NCBI RefSeq assembly: GCF_963506605.1
Contig: NC_083287.1
Location: 57,660,001 to 57,724,000 of the forward strand
From: Zootoca vivipara
Lineage: Eukaryota
Length of the DNA stretch: 64,000 nucleotides
Direction: 5' to 3'
Position 1 is the stretch's first letter. Each line of letters begins with the position of its first letter. Position numbers and translations under genes: made by a program. The notes below the pieces were generated by a model. The model was given only the letters and a program-made list of their open reading frames with translations, made no database searches and was not told where the DNA came from. Shown in pieces: positions 35,086 to 47,603 of the stretch.

Positions 35086-35190
35086 AATGCCTGCTCTCTA
35101 TCCCTGAACTGCTCTCCCGGCTGGCACGGGGAGAGGCGCCCCACCCTGCTACAGACCCCCCACCCTCTGCGGTAAACGCCGACTCCCCAG
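35086..35190 (+). CDS. REPIN1: REPIN1 KRAB-B exon (E)CLLSIPELLSRLARGEAPHPATDPPPSAVNADSP
   Basis: CTAAC branch at ~35052, tttgcag| acceptor, CAG|gtaaga donor, 105 nt, phase 1/1. Confidence 0.85.
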
Positions 35191-35327
35191 GTAAGAGCAC
35201 GAGACTCTTAATCTCAGGATCGTGGGTTCGAGCCCCACGCTGGGCAAAAAGATTCTTGCATTCCAGGGGGTTGGACTAGATGACCCTCGGGGTCCCTTCC
35301 AACTCCACAGCACTAAGAATTCTAAGA
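35190..35327 (+). mobile_element. tRNA-Lys(CTT)-derived SINE with CR1-type 3' tail, 5'-truncated
   Basis: GGTAAGAGCACGAGACTCTTAATCTCAGGATCGTGGGTTCGAGCCCCACGCTGGGC matches the 3' two-thirds of tRNA-Lys-CTT (anticodon 35207-35209, B box 35225-35234). It is followed by gggggttggactagatgacc...cccttccaactc, a CR1 tail. Confidence 0.85.
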
Positions 35328-36269
35328 AGGCCAAGGACCTGAGAGAGATGTGTAAACTTATGCACAGCATGAATAAAGGGGACAGAGAAGAGTTATCTGC
35401 AGTAGTAGCTATACTTGGGACGGCAGCGGAAGCTGAACGTTGCAAGACTCAGGGCAAAAGAAAGGACTTTGTTTTCCTACTTTCAGTGCATAGCTAAAAT
35501 GTGAAATTCACTCCCCACAAGATGTAGTGACGGCACTCCCTTGGGTGGTTTTAAAAGAGGGTGGGGTGAATTCATGGGGGAGAGGGCGATCAATGTCTCC
35601 TAGTAGCCCCAGTGGCCAAATATTGCTTCCTGAATAACGGCGGCTGCGATTCACAAGTGGGGGGGGGGAGTGTCTTGCTTTTCCTCTCAGGCCCGGTTTG
35701 TGAGTTTAAGAACATAAGAGGAGCCTGCAGGATCAGGCCAATGGCCCACCTAGTCCAGTCTCCTGTTCTCGCAGTGCCCAACCAGATGCCTGCGGGGGAA
35801 CCAGCAGGATTGGAACTCAGGAGCCGCTCTCCCCCAGATGTGGAGGCAGAACAGAAAGCATCCTGGCTAAGAGCCATCGATGGCTTTATTGTCCTCCATG
35901 AATTTGTCTCATCCGCTTTTAAAGCCAACCATCCCTGCATCCTGTGGCAGCGAGTTCCGCAGATTAACGCTGCGCTGTGTGAGGAAGGGCTTTCTTTTAT
36001 CTGTCTTGAGCATCTCATAGAATAATAGAACTGTCGATTTGGAAGAGAGACTGATGGCTCTCTAGTCCTGCAAAGCAGCCATCTCAGCACAAGGAACCCC
36101 ATCCAATTTGAAACCAGACCAGAGCCTGCTTAGCTTTGCAAATGTGCTGGCAGTTTTATTGCTGCACTGCTCCCCCTGGGCGTAGCCCCCCCAATCAATA
36201 AAAATCAATAAAAATACATAGCAAACTGAGCTTCTGCTCCCCCCCCCAACCAGGCTGAGGCTTGTCTGC

Positions 36270-36793
36270 TCTGTGGAACGCCCTCCCGTCAGATGTCTAA
36301 CTTTTAGAAGATATCTGAAGGCAGCCCTGTTTAGGGAAAGTTTTAATGTTTGAGGTTTTATTGTGCTTTTCATTCTGTTGGGAGCCGCCCAGAGTGGCTG
36401 GGGAAACCCAGCCAGCTGGGCGGGGTATAGATAATAAATTATTATTATTATAAATTATTATTATTATTATTATTATTATAACAAAAATCCTAGCTACACC
36501 CATGCCTGTGGCTTCCAGGGCATGGGTCCCTTTGGGCCTGATCCAGGTAAAGAGCTCCCCTCCAACATTCCTTCTCAACATAAGGATGTCCTGCTCAACA
36601 ACAACAACAATTTCATTATTTGTACCCCGCCCATCTGGCTGAGTTGCGCAGTGTTATTACCGCTCTGGGCGGCTTCCAACACATATAAAAACATAGTGAA
36701 ACATTAAACATTTAAAAACTTCCCTGTACAGGGGTACCTTAAAATGTCTTCTAAAAGCTGTATACTTCCTTATCTCCTTGGCTTGCGGGTGGG

Positions 36794-36843
<50 letters not shown>

Positions 36844-36975
36844 TCATTATTTATACCCCGCCCATCTGGCCGGGTTCCCCCAGCCACTCTGGGTGGCTTC
36901 CAACAAAACATTAAAATACAGAAATCAAACATTAAAAGCTTCCCTAAACAGGGCTGCCTTGAGATGCCGTCTAAA
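36270..36975. mobile_element. Cluster of L2 3' ends in both orientations with (TTA)n/(AAT)n tails
   Basis: Repeated gaaggcagccctgtttaggg / ccagagtggctgggg motifs. Confidence 0.8.
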
Positions 36976-37207
36976 GGTCTGGTAATAACTCCATCCCTTC
37001 CAACATTTCTTCAGTGAAAATAGGGACGTCCTAAGGCAAAGCGGGACATTCCGGGATCAAATCAGAAATCCAGGACTATCCCTGGAAAATAGGGACCTGC
37101 CTTCTGCTTTTAGAAAAGACCAGGAAATGGAACGATGTTAAGTGTCCCCCTCGGAGGTGGCCAGATGAAAGCCCACATTTCCCCTCTCTTCTGTTTCCTT
37201 CCTGCAG

Positions 37208-38691
37208 CTGACGTGATTGAGACGCAGCCCCAAAAGCCGCCCGACACCCCAGTGGCCTCCGTGGAACCTGCTGCAGACTCGGCAAAGACCCCCTGCCCTC
37301 GGCCCGCCAAGAAGGGCCCCAAGAGAGGGGCGTCGCAGGCCGCTCGGGGGCCCTCAGGGGCCGGCCGGGCCCCTGCAGACCGGCCGAAGACGACCCCCAA
37401 GCGGGAGAAGCCTTTCAAGTGCCCCAAGTGCCAACGCCGTTTCCTGGGCCGCCTGGCACTGACCGCCCACCGGCGCCTGCACGTCCGCAAGTGGCCCCGG
37501 CCGGGCCCCCAGAGCGCGGGAAGGGCCCCCCAGGCGCCGGAGCTCGCCGTCCCCCAGGAAGGCCAGCCGGGTGCCAGCCCCAGCCCTTTCCCTTGCAGCC
37601 AGGGCGAGGGCACCCTGCCCTTCTGGCCGGAGATGGCTCTGCACCAGCAGTCTCCTCTGACGCACGGCTTCAACCCCTGGTCACTGGGCTACGGCCCCCA
37701 GCCCTTGCCCGGCCACCAGGCGCCCGGCCTGCCCGGCAACGGAGAGTTCATCTGCGACCAGTGCGGCTGGAGCTTCCACGGCTGGGAGGAGCTGGTGACA
37801 CACCAGATGGCGCACATGGCGGCCGAGGGCATCGCCGGCTCCGTGCCCAAAGCGGGCGCCCTGGCGCAGCTGTCGGGCGACCGCCCTTACGCCTGCGCCC
37901 AGTGCGGCAAGAGCTTCCGCCACAAGCCCAACCTGCTGGCGCACCGGCAGGTGCACACGGGCGAGCGCCGCTACCAGTGCCAGGAGTGCGGCAAATCCTT
38001 CGGCAGCAAGGCCTACTTGGCGTCGCACCAGCACATCCACACCGGGGAGAAGCCCTACGTGTGCGCCCAGTGCGGCAAGAGCTTCCGCCACAAGCCCAAC
38101 CTCATCTCCCACCAGAAGATCCACACGAGGGAGCCGCTGCCGCCCAGCCACCCGCTGGATGCCTTCGACGGCGGAGACGCCTTCCAGAACCCGCGCGCCG
38201 CGGCTGACCCCCTTGGGCTGGACGCCTTCCGGCGGCCCATGCCGCTGCCGCCGCCGCCCCCGGTGCCGACCGATGCCCGCCTGGCCTGCGCTCAGGGCGA
38301 CACTCCTCTGCCGCCGCTGCCCGGCCTCCTGCCGCCGCCTCCCCCGGCAGCCGAGCGCCCCTTCGTGTGCCCTGTGTGCGCCAAACAGTTCCGCTGCAAG
38401 CCCTACCTGGTGGCACACATCCGCATCCACACGGGGGAGAAGCCCTACGCCTGCAGCCGCTGCCCCAAGCGCTTCTCCCAAAAGTCCAACCTGGTGTCGC
38501 ACGAGCGCCTGCACACGGGGGAGAAGCCCTACGCCTGCCCGCTCTGCCCCAGGGTCTTCAGCCAGGGCTCCAACATGCGCGCCCACCAGAGGAGCCACAG
38601 GAATGTGGCTGCCCCCGGAGAGACGGGTGTCAGCCTCCGACAGGGGTACGTGGTGAGGCAGATCCAGCCGCCGCCGCCGCCCCCAAACTAG
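37208..38691 (+). CDS. REPIN1: REPIN1 terminal zinc-finger exon (8 intact C2H2 fingers + degenerate ones)
   Basis: Fingers FRHKPNLLAH, SKAYLASH, FRHKPNLISH, KPYLVAH, FSQKSNLVSH and WEELVTH recall human REPIN1 (FRHKPNLIAH, NKPYLTSH, FRHKPNLLSH, KPYLAAH, FSQKSNLVSH, WDQLVAH). Gene order RARRES2-REPIN1-ZNF775 matches human. Acceptor cctgcag|CT, phase 1. Confidence 0.88.
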
Positions 38692-40777
38692 GCCTCGGAG
38701 GCCTGCTCCTCCATAGCTGGGGTGGCCTCTGCCTCTTGGCCCTCCGCCCTCCCTGCCTGCCTGGGAATCGTTTGGTGCCGTTCCTGCGTCGCAGCGGGGT
38801 TGGGCTGGATGACTTCTGGAGTGTCCCTTCCGACGCTACGGTTCTACACTGCACCCATGTTTCCATTTGGTGTGGTTCCTGAATTGCAGCGGGGTTTGGC
38901 TGGATGACCTCTGGGGTGTCCCTTCCGACGCTGCAGGTCTATGGCACAAAAACGTTTCCCTGCGGCCGCGTGAACTGGGCAAAGGCTGCGGTGCCCTCCC
39001 GTCCCTTGGGGAGTCTGCAGATTTCCCACCCGAAAGAGGTCCTCTCCTCTCGCTGCCCCCGCCCTGCCTTAACCTCAGAATTTTGCTTTGGCAAACTTCG
39101 CCCCGTCCTGAGAAATCAAACAAGGCAGGAGGGACCCCAGACTCCCGTTTCCGGAAAGAGAGTCGCCATGCCTCCGGCCTCCCGGGAGTATTTTCCTGCT
39201 GTCCTGGAGAGGCTGCCAAGAAAATTCACTCTGCACGTGTTTGGCAACACACTCTTCTTTTTGACGGAGCATGGAGCGTGTGGCTTAAAAGGAAACAGGG
39301 GTCCACAGCTCAGAGGTGGGGCACAGGATTTGCAGCCTCAGTCCCCGATATCTCCACTGAAATGGATCATACCCTTGGGGGAGGGGCAGCGCTCGGCTCT
39401 GTGGTCCCGTGGGCTGAGTCCGAATTGGGTGGGCGGGGGCGCTTCCTTTGCTTTGTGTCTTCAGCAGGGGCAGCGAGCAGACTGAGATCGAGAGCAGAAG
39501 AATTAGGAAAATTAGAAGATAAGAAGAGCCTACTGGATCAGGCCAATGGCCCATCTAGCCCAGCAAGCAGGAACGGGGCAGCAATTTTCTCCAATTGTTG
39601 TCCGCCATGATCTGGTTATGCAGAGGTAGACTGCCCCTGGGCATGGAGGTTCCACTGTCATAATAGACCTCCACAATAAGCCCTCTCCCCTCCTGCAGTT
39701 TCTGGCAGCGACGGCCACCAAATGCTTGGGGACAGATTCACGGAGGAGAAGGGGGCTGCCGAGGGCTCCAGCAGTGGAGCCACCCTGGCTAGAAGCCGTC
39801 CCCAGCTCTCTCCTCCTCCAAGAAATTGTCTAATCCCCTTTTAAAGCCATCTAGGTTGGTGACCATCGCCGTCTCCTGTGGGAGGGAGTTCCGCAGATGA
39901 ACTACGAGAGTCGAGGGACCGCAGAAGCCCTGCAGCCAACAGAAGCCAGCTTTAGCTCTAAAAATAAAATAAAAGCTCTGGACCTTTGCTGCTTCTTTGC
40001 AGACGGACGGTTTCAGTGAATGGGCCTTGGCAGAATTTGGGGCAGGGATGTGCCTGTGGACAGAGAGCGAGAGAGCAAGAAAAAGGATTCTCACCCACAA
40101 CTGACACAGCATGATAGATTTTTAAAATAATTAGAAGCAGGCCTGTCTTGTCGTGACTTTGGGGGAAATTCCCCGCAGAAGCAGGCAAGATTTCTTTTGG
40201 TTTGTTTTTTTCCCCTTTTAGGATTGCAGCTTAATTTTTTAAAAATAGAAAATAAGCAGGTGGCTAGTCCTCATTGCTGGCGAGACACGATCCGAAGATG
40301 TGCGAGTCGTCTCTCCACGAGGTTCAAAATCCACGGCGAGGAGGAGCTGCCGGCCGGCCTTGCATGGTGACCTGTGTCTCTCGCCTGCCTTCCAAGTCCT
40401 GTTCTCCTACCTCTGTCCTCAAAGCCTCCTTCAACTTTTCACCTTCGGCTTCTGCAGCACCGCATGCAAGCGGAGCAAGGGGGGGGGGAAGCTTCTCTGC
40501 ATCTATTTGCTTAATTTGGCGTTATTTATAACCAGGGCCGGCTATGGGATTGGGCCGTTTGTGTGTGCGTGTGAAGACTTGTGGACAAGGAGACCACATC
40601 CTAAACTCCTCATGCTAACTTTAAGAAAATAATGCAAGGTAATAACACTGCCCTTTCTAGATGCCCTGTTTTAGACACAAGCCAATTTCATTTTCAACCG
40701 GTTTCCTATTGTATACTCTTTTAAAACAAATAAAGCGGTAGATGTTAATTTTAAAAACACAGCTCCTTGCAGTGTGT

Positions 40778-41860
40778 CATAGAATCATAGAATCATAGAG
40801 CTGGAAGAGACCACAAGGGCCATCCAGTCCAACCCCCTGCCAAGCAGGAAACACCATCAAAGCATTCTTGACATATGCCTGTCAAGCCTCTGCTTAAAGA
40901 CCTCCAAAGAAGGAGACTCCACCACACTCCTTGGTAGCAAATTCACACTGCTGACTCATGTCAAGTTTGTGGTCTACCAAGACTCCTAGATCCTTTTCAC
41001 ATGTACTGCTCTCAAGCCAGGTGTCTCCCATCCTGTATTTGTGCCTTTCATATTTTTTTTTTGCCCAAGTGTAGTACTTTACATTTCTCCTTGTTAAAAT
41101 TCATCTTGTTTGTTTTGGCCCAGTTGTCTAATCTGTTAAGGTCATTTTGAAGTGTGATTCTGTCCTCTGGGGTGTTAGCCACCCCTCCCAATTTGGTGTC
41201 ATCTGCAAACTTGCTCAGGATGCCCTCAAGTCCATCATCTAAGTCATTGATAAAGAAAACTGGGAAGACAAAACCCTGTGGCACCCCACTAGTCACTTCT
41301 CTCCAGGATGAGAAGGAGCCATTGATGAGCAAGCACCCTTTGGGTTCGGTCAGTCAGCCAGTCCACAGCATTCGCTTCATCTACTAGGCTTGTAATTCTG
41401 TCAAAAAATGAGATCAGATCAGATTAGTCTGACATGACTTATTTTTTAGAAACCCATGCTGACTTTTACTGATCACAGTGTTCCTTTCTAGGTGCTCACA
41501 GACAGTTTGCTCAATGATCTGCTCTAGAATCTTTCCTGGTACAGTATTGATGTCAAGCTGACTGGGCGGTAATTGTTTGGGTCCTCTCTTTTCCCCTTTT
41601 TGAAAATAGGGACAACATTTGCCCTCCTCCAGTCTGCTGGAACTTCGCCTGTTCTCCAGGAATTCTCAAAGATTATTGCCAGTGGTTCTGAAATCACCTC
41701 TGCCAGTTCTTTTAATACTCTTGGATGTAGTTCATCTGGCCCTGGAGACTTGAATACATCTAAACTAGCCAAGTATTCTTGTACTACCTCCTTACTTATT
41801 CTGGGCTGTGTTTCCCCTGCTGAATCATCTGCTCCATATTCTTCAGGTCGGGCATTGTTT
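40778..41860 (-). mobile_element. CR1 LINE with several internal deletions
   Basis: RT motifs ([42 protein letters not shown]) and octamer tail. Confidence 0.92.
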
Positions 41861-42289
41861 TCTTTTTTCTGTCGACTGTGGCCACTTGGCCTCTCGCTTC
41901 CCCCCCAAAACCAGTTGAATTAAAGTCACCTCGGGGGGACGGGGGACTTGCAGGTGCAATGGACTGCAATTCCCATCAGCTCCTTCCAGCATGGTCAAAT
42001 GTTTTAACAGGAGGAAATACAGCAATGAGGGGATGTGAGCTTCCGGCTTACACAGCATTTTGCATACAGATTCCCAATAATCTGGATCACTCCCGTGGGT
42101 CACGTTTATCTGTACGGTGGCGCTAAAAGTCTATGTGCAGGCAGCCTTCTTCCCAATACAGTGGTACCTTGGTTCTCAAACTTAGTCCGTTCCAGAAATC
42201 CGTTCCTAAACCAAAGCATTCCAAAACCAAGGCACGCTTTCCCATAGAAAGTAATGTGAAACAGATTAATCCGTTCCAGACTTTTAAAA

Positions 42290-42407
42290 TAAGATTTTTT
42301 TTTTCAATGAATCTGGGGAGACTTTTCAACTTCAATGGATTTTGCCAGGGGACTGATTGGTAAATCCGGGGACTGTCCCCAGGAAACGGGTTCGTCTGGT
42401 AACCTTA
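42290..42407. mobile_element. Small hAT-type MITE nested in the mariner MITE
   Basis: 8-bp TSD ttttaaaa (42282-42289 and 42408-42415); ends taag...ctggtaacctta. Confidence 0.65.
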
Positions 42408-42466
42408 TTTTAAAAACAACCCCTAAAACAGCAGTTTAACATGATATTTGCTCTTTAAAGAGACCA

Positions 42467-42965
42467 TCTATATATAAAAAAATGTAAAAATGGTGAAAGT
42501 GTGGGCTCCACTTTTCTCGGTAGCCGCTTGACCGATCCCCCTGAAATTTGGACACAACGATCCATGCCACTTCCTGAGTGTTTGCAGAACCTCGGTTGCC
42601 TCACATCTCATACCTGCGCAGGTACAAACCTGTTTTTCAACAAAGTAAAACAGCGCCCTCAAGTGGATTTCCTCCCACAGTACACCCCCTCCCTTCCTGT
42701 GAAATCTACACCACACCCACAAACCCCGCCTCCACCACAAGATCCACCACTCACATATATCCATCCTTTCCCTCTCACACTCCCTCAATCATCCTCATAA
42801 TCCTCTCACCATCCTCCTATCCTTATCCTCTCACAATCACAAATCCCCCCTGAGGGCCCATTTCACAGACTAAGCCACAGTAGGGCCTGCAGGGGGATTT
42901 GAAGGGGGACTCTGGGGGCCCATTTCACAGACCAGGCCACAGCAACGCGTGGCAGGGCCAGCTAG
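42467..42965 (+). mobile_element. Non-autonomous Helitron (different family) nested in the mariner MITE
   Basis: A|TCTATATATAAAA...GCCAC-agcaacgc-GTGGC hairpin (42936-42953)...CTAG|T with no TSD. Confidence 0.85.
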
Positions 42966-43619
42966 TTGATTCATAAAATGAAAGCAATAAACAATGTACT
43001 GCAGCCACACAATCAATCAGTAGTTGAACTGGGTTTCACACAGTCACAAAAACAAAACTGCAATATAAATAGCAAAATCAAACAGACCTCAGCGTAACAC
43101 TCAAATCGAAAGCATAACACTCAAAAAGGAGCATGTTCGGCTTCCAAAAAAAGTTCACAAACTGGAACACTTACTTCCGGGTTTGCAGTGTTTGGGTTCC
43201 AAGTTGTTTGGATGCCAAGGCGTTTGACAACCAAGGTACCACTGTACGATAAATATCCTTCGCATTAATGCCAGCGTTCTTACAAAGCCCACAGTTGCCT
43301 TCCTGCTGAAGAATGCTGATCGTGAGAATACTTAGCACCGATGTTGTGTATTTCAGGGGCAGCCTGCATTTCTTCAACAGAAATCGGCCCGGACTACTTG
43401 CAGGTGGTCCATCCAGACATAATTATTACCACCGTCGTCATTAAGTTAATTATTTGATTTGTATACTGCCCTTCATCTGAAGATCCCCGGACAGTTCACA
43501 TCAAGAAAATGCAAAACGAGAATGCAAAAATGCCCTCTTGGCAGATGGGAGCTGCAAGCTGAGAAAAGGTGACCTCTCCCAAGGCCTTGTGAGTTTGAGT
43601 TCATGGCAGAGGCAAGAAG

Positions 43620-43740
43620 GGCCATAGTTGAGGGCAGAGAGCATCTGTTTGCAAGGCAGAAGGTCCCAGGTCCAATCCCTGGGAAAGAGTCCTGCCCGAA
43701 CCCTGGAGAGCTGCTGCCGGCCAGTGCAGACACAATTGCT
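43620..43740 (+). mobile_element. Squamate tRNA-derived SINE (Squam3-like) fragment
   Basis: gagcatctgtttgcaaggcagaaggtcccaggtccaatccctg...ccctggagagctgctgcc. Related pieces at ~34590-34730, ~45055-45130 (-) and ~63160-63280. Confidence 0.6.
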
Positions 43741-44149
43741 CTCCAGCCTTGAGTCCCCAGATGTGGTTGGAGTAAAACTCCCATTGCTCTGACCATTGGT
43801 CATGCTGGCTGGGGACGATGGGGGATTTCAGTCCCACAACACCTGGAGCCCCAAGGTTCAAGCATGGAGGCATGCAGACAGCAATTTGGGGGTTTCTAAA
43901 CAGAGGTTGGGGGGCGCCTGTCAGGGATTCCTTAGTTGTGATTCCAGCATTGCAGCGGGTCAGACTAGATGACCCTTGGGGGTGCCAACTTCACAATTCT
44001 ATTTTAAATAGTTATTTCAAAAACAACAATCCGCGGGGAACAACGCAACAGAGGAAACAATCCATCACCTTAAAACAATATATATACAGTATAGGTCGTA
44101 CTCCTTTTCGCGATTCTGCTCCTTCAACTGTACAGTATTCTGTTTCACT

Positions 44150-44820
44150 TTCCGCTGGACGCTCAGGGGTTAAGCCTTGACCTGCGGAGGAGGGGGAGGA
44201 GCGAGGTGCACCAGCCACCTTCCTATTGGCTCTCCCTTTCTCCAATGGCGCCGGTTCGGCTGTGCGACGCAGCCAATCGCAGGCGCCTCCCCGTGCTCCC
44301 TGCGCGCCGGCGTCCTTTCTCTCCTGCTCTCGCTTCTGCCGTCTGCGCGAAGTCTTTCCACCGCGGTCCCGCCCCGCCCCGGGGATGAGATTGGCAGGCG
44401 CCGCGGCCAATCATTGCACCGGAGCTGCTTAAGGTGGCATTGCATTCTCTTTGGCCAGTGCAAACAGAGGAGCCAGCTGGTTGCAGAAGGTGGGGATTGG
44501 CTTGCAGAGCCAAAATCACCAGGTAGGAGCACTTGGGGGGATTTGGCATGCTTAGCGCTGCAGATCCACCGGATCCCAGCAGGATCTCGGGATCTGTTGG
44601 GGGGAATCCAAGCAGAAAGCCCCCGGAGCCTTTTGCTGGCTGCATGGAGGGAGCCTGCCCTGCCCAGGCGCGCAGCCGAGCCAAGCGGGTGCTTAGTCTC
44701 GGCCTTGGGCTCCTGGGTCCTCCGGCAATTTCCTTTGGTTTTGGCATTTGCAGATTCGCAGCAGCTGCCAGATCCAGGAGGGGCACCCTCTCCGGGCTTC
44801 ACCTGGCAGCGGTGAGTGTG
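44150..44820 (+). promoter_or_regulatory. CpG-island promoter / 5' exons of ZNF775
   Basis: Six CCAAT/ATTGG boxes (44225, 44242, 44273, 44390, 44407, 44496), GC boxes at ~44367-44380, candidate donor at 44522 and candidate exon 44754-44811 (cag|...G|gtgagt). Confidence 0.75.
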
Positions 44821-45599
44821 GGCTGCCTGCCTGTGCAGGAGGAGGAGGAGGTCGTGCCCAGCTGGCAGCCTCCCGAGTCAGACCGTATGGGTCCACCTAG
44901 CTCAGGGCCGTCTCCTCCGACCGGCAGCATTTCAGGCAGGGGAGTCTTCACACACCCACCCCAACCTGGACATTCTATTGGGGATTCGAACTCAGGACCT
45001 TCTGCATGCTAAGCAATTGCTACCACCAACCCACACCCCTTCCCTAATAAGAATATAGGAAGCAGCCTTATGCAGAGCCGTATCATTCCTCCGCCGAGCT
45101 CAGTATTGTCTGCACTGGCTGGCAGCAGCGCCAGAGCTTCATGCGGGATGCTGTGTATCTACCCCAAAGAAAAAAGCCCCCCCCCAGCAGATTGTTCTTA
45201 GAGCTGGGAAACGGTGGAGGTCTCCTCTTCCTAGCACTGTCAACTTTTCTGGCCCAGGTCTTCAGTTGCTCTGACAGCTGTAAATTCAGCTGGTCAAGCC
45301 ATTGCTTCCCTTTGTTTCTTCTCCACAGGGGTGGAGAAAAAAAGTTTCGCTCCTTTTGGCTGCCCCACAAGGAGCAGGAGTCTATATGGGAATGAAGTCT
45401 TGTGTCCAGATTAAGAAAAGTCACATCCCTGCTCTCTTCTGCCTTGGCCAGCCCCACCTGGAGTCCTGTGTCTAGTTCTCGGCACCACAGTTCTAAGGAT
45501 GATTTGCATAGCTGTCAACCTTCCCTTTTTTTGCTGGAAATTCCCTTATTCCAGCGCTGTTTCCCGCTGCTATCCTGGATTGTTAGATATACCGTAGAC

Positions 45600-45735
45600 C
45601 AGGCACCCCCAAACTTCGGCCCTCCAGATGTTTTGGACTACAATTCCCATCATCCCTGACCACTGGTCCTGTTAGCTAGGGATCATAGGAGTTGTAGGCC
45701 AAAACATCTGGAGGGCCGCAGTTTGGGGATGCGTG
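45600..45735. mobile_element. Palindromic hAT MITE nested in another MITE (45509-45806) within a CR1 fragment
   Basis: CAGGCACCCCCAAACT...AGTTTGGGGATGCGTG; 8-bp TSD ccgtagac/ccatagac. Confidence 0.8.
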
Positions 45736-47603
45736 CCATAGACTGTCCCCGGGACAGGTTAGACTGCTGCTGATCCCTTATTTTCAAATCCGAAAGTTGA
45801 CAGCCAAGAGATTTGGACAAGCTGGAAGGTGTGCAGAAGAGATGACTTAAGAGAAACGTTTGAAGGAGCTGGGCATGTTTATCTTGGAAGAGGAGGCAGA
45901 GAGGAGAGACGAGAGCCACCTTCCAATATCTGAAGGGCTGTGGCATGGAAAATGGAGCAAGCTTCTTTTCTCCTGCTCCAGAGGGTAGGACTCGAACCCG
46001 TGGCTTCAGGTTACAAGAAAGGAGATTGAAACTAAACTTACCGAAAAGCTTTCTGACAGGCAGAGCTGTTCAACCGTGGAACGGTCTCCCTTGGAAGGTG
46101 GTGGACTCTCCCTGGAGGTCTTTAAGCAGAGAGGTTGGACGGCCGTCTGGCATGGATGCTTTAGCTGAGATTCCTGCCTTGCAGGGGGTTGGACTAGAGG
46201 ACCCTCGGGGTCCCTTCCAACTCTATGATTATATGATGCATATTTTGCCTGTGGTCATAGAGGTACCTCACGGGGGTTGCCGTTCCCCCTCCCTAAACAG
46301 AGGTGATGTGACATCAGACAGCTGCAGAGCAAGGGGGACTCGAACAGGTGGAGCTTTCTCCATGGTGGGGGGACGTGCACCTGTTGTGCTTGACAGCTGG
46401 CCAGATTTTATTTTAGTTTATCTTGCTGCCTTGGTCACTTGCAGAGGTGGAGGGTGCAGAGACACAGAAATGGCTGTCGTTGTGCCAGCATTGTGCACTA
46501 AGATCCATAAAGGGTCTCTCCAACTATGATTCCTGGCCAGAGGTGCTTGCTGTACCTTTAATTTTTTAATAATAATAATAATAATAATTTATCAATGTAA
46601 CCCAAGTAACAAAATAGAACTTTATGGGATAAACACATGAAAACCAAGCCAGGGCCATCATGGGATGTTACATTCACAAGACAAAATTATAAAGCTGGTT
46701 ATCTGGATAATTGCGATGAGATGCAGGCAGGTAAGGGGAAATGTCAGAGAACAAGATGTGGGGCACACCTAACATAAAAACACAAAACTTAAAAAGCGAT
46801 CTTTAGAGACATAAAGAGCACCAAGAAGAAAAGGGCTCTATATTACATCAAGAAAAGAAATTCAACCAATTTGATGTTACTTGTTCCAAATTTCTTGAGA
46901 GATTTGTGGAAGAGAAAATGCATTTTCCTTCCTTCCTTCCTTCCTTCCTTCCTTCCTTCCTTCCTTCAATAAAATCCCACCAAACAGAGACAAAAGAGGT
47001 TTCCTTTGTATACCACCAGGTCAGTTTTTCATGTAATGCAATTTTCCATATCTTATTCTACCATTACTGGGGTGTTGAAATCAGGCAATGTATTCAATCT
47101 TTGGGTAATCGAGAGACTCCTGTTGACTTTTCACATTAGGATTGCAAGGAAAGGAATTGAAAGTAAAACTGCCCATTTCATAATGCTGTTAAACATATCT
47201 ATGGTGTGGCTGCATTGGGAGCCCTGGGTAACGGTTCTGGTTGCCTCGCCTCAAAAATGATGTTATAGAGTTGGGAAAGGGCAAATAGATACAGTAGATA
47301 GAGGGGATGGAGCGACTCTCCGATGAGGAAAGGGTGCGGTGTTTGGTTTGAGTTTAGGGAAAAGGTGAGTAAGAGTCGACATACTAGAAGTTTGTAAAAT
47401 TACTCCTGGCAAGGAGAAAGGGGATAGAGAAAAAAGAGGGGGAAGGAAGTCAATTTTTGAAATGTCAAATTGATTGTAAAACTAATGAAATGTATACATT
47501 TGAAAAGTATAAATAAAAAACTAAAAAAGAGAGAAAAGTTGTTCTCCCTCTCTCATAACACTAGAACTCGTGGACATAGAATGGAGCTGAATGTTGGAAG
47601 ATT

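Larger units (their letters stand above)
42159..43244. mobile_element. Tc1/mariner MITE hosting two nested insertions
   Basis: TA|CAGTGGTACCTTGGTT...AACCAAGGTACCACTG|TA. Confidence 0.88.

Noticed and set aside
35190-35246. tRNA-Lys(CTT) gene
   Set aside because: Lacks the 5' acceptor strand and most of the A box, has no poly-T terminator, and continues into a CR1 tail, so it is a SINE.
36490-36530. Hairpin ACCCATGCC...GGCATGGGT next to CTAG as a fourth Helitron end
   Set aside because: No A|T target context and no matching 5' TC terminus found.
38790-38942. ~55-bp direct repeat pair in the REPIN1 3' UTR, superficially array-like
   Set aside because: Both units are degenerate CR1/SINE 3' tails; not CRISPR or a novel repeat.
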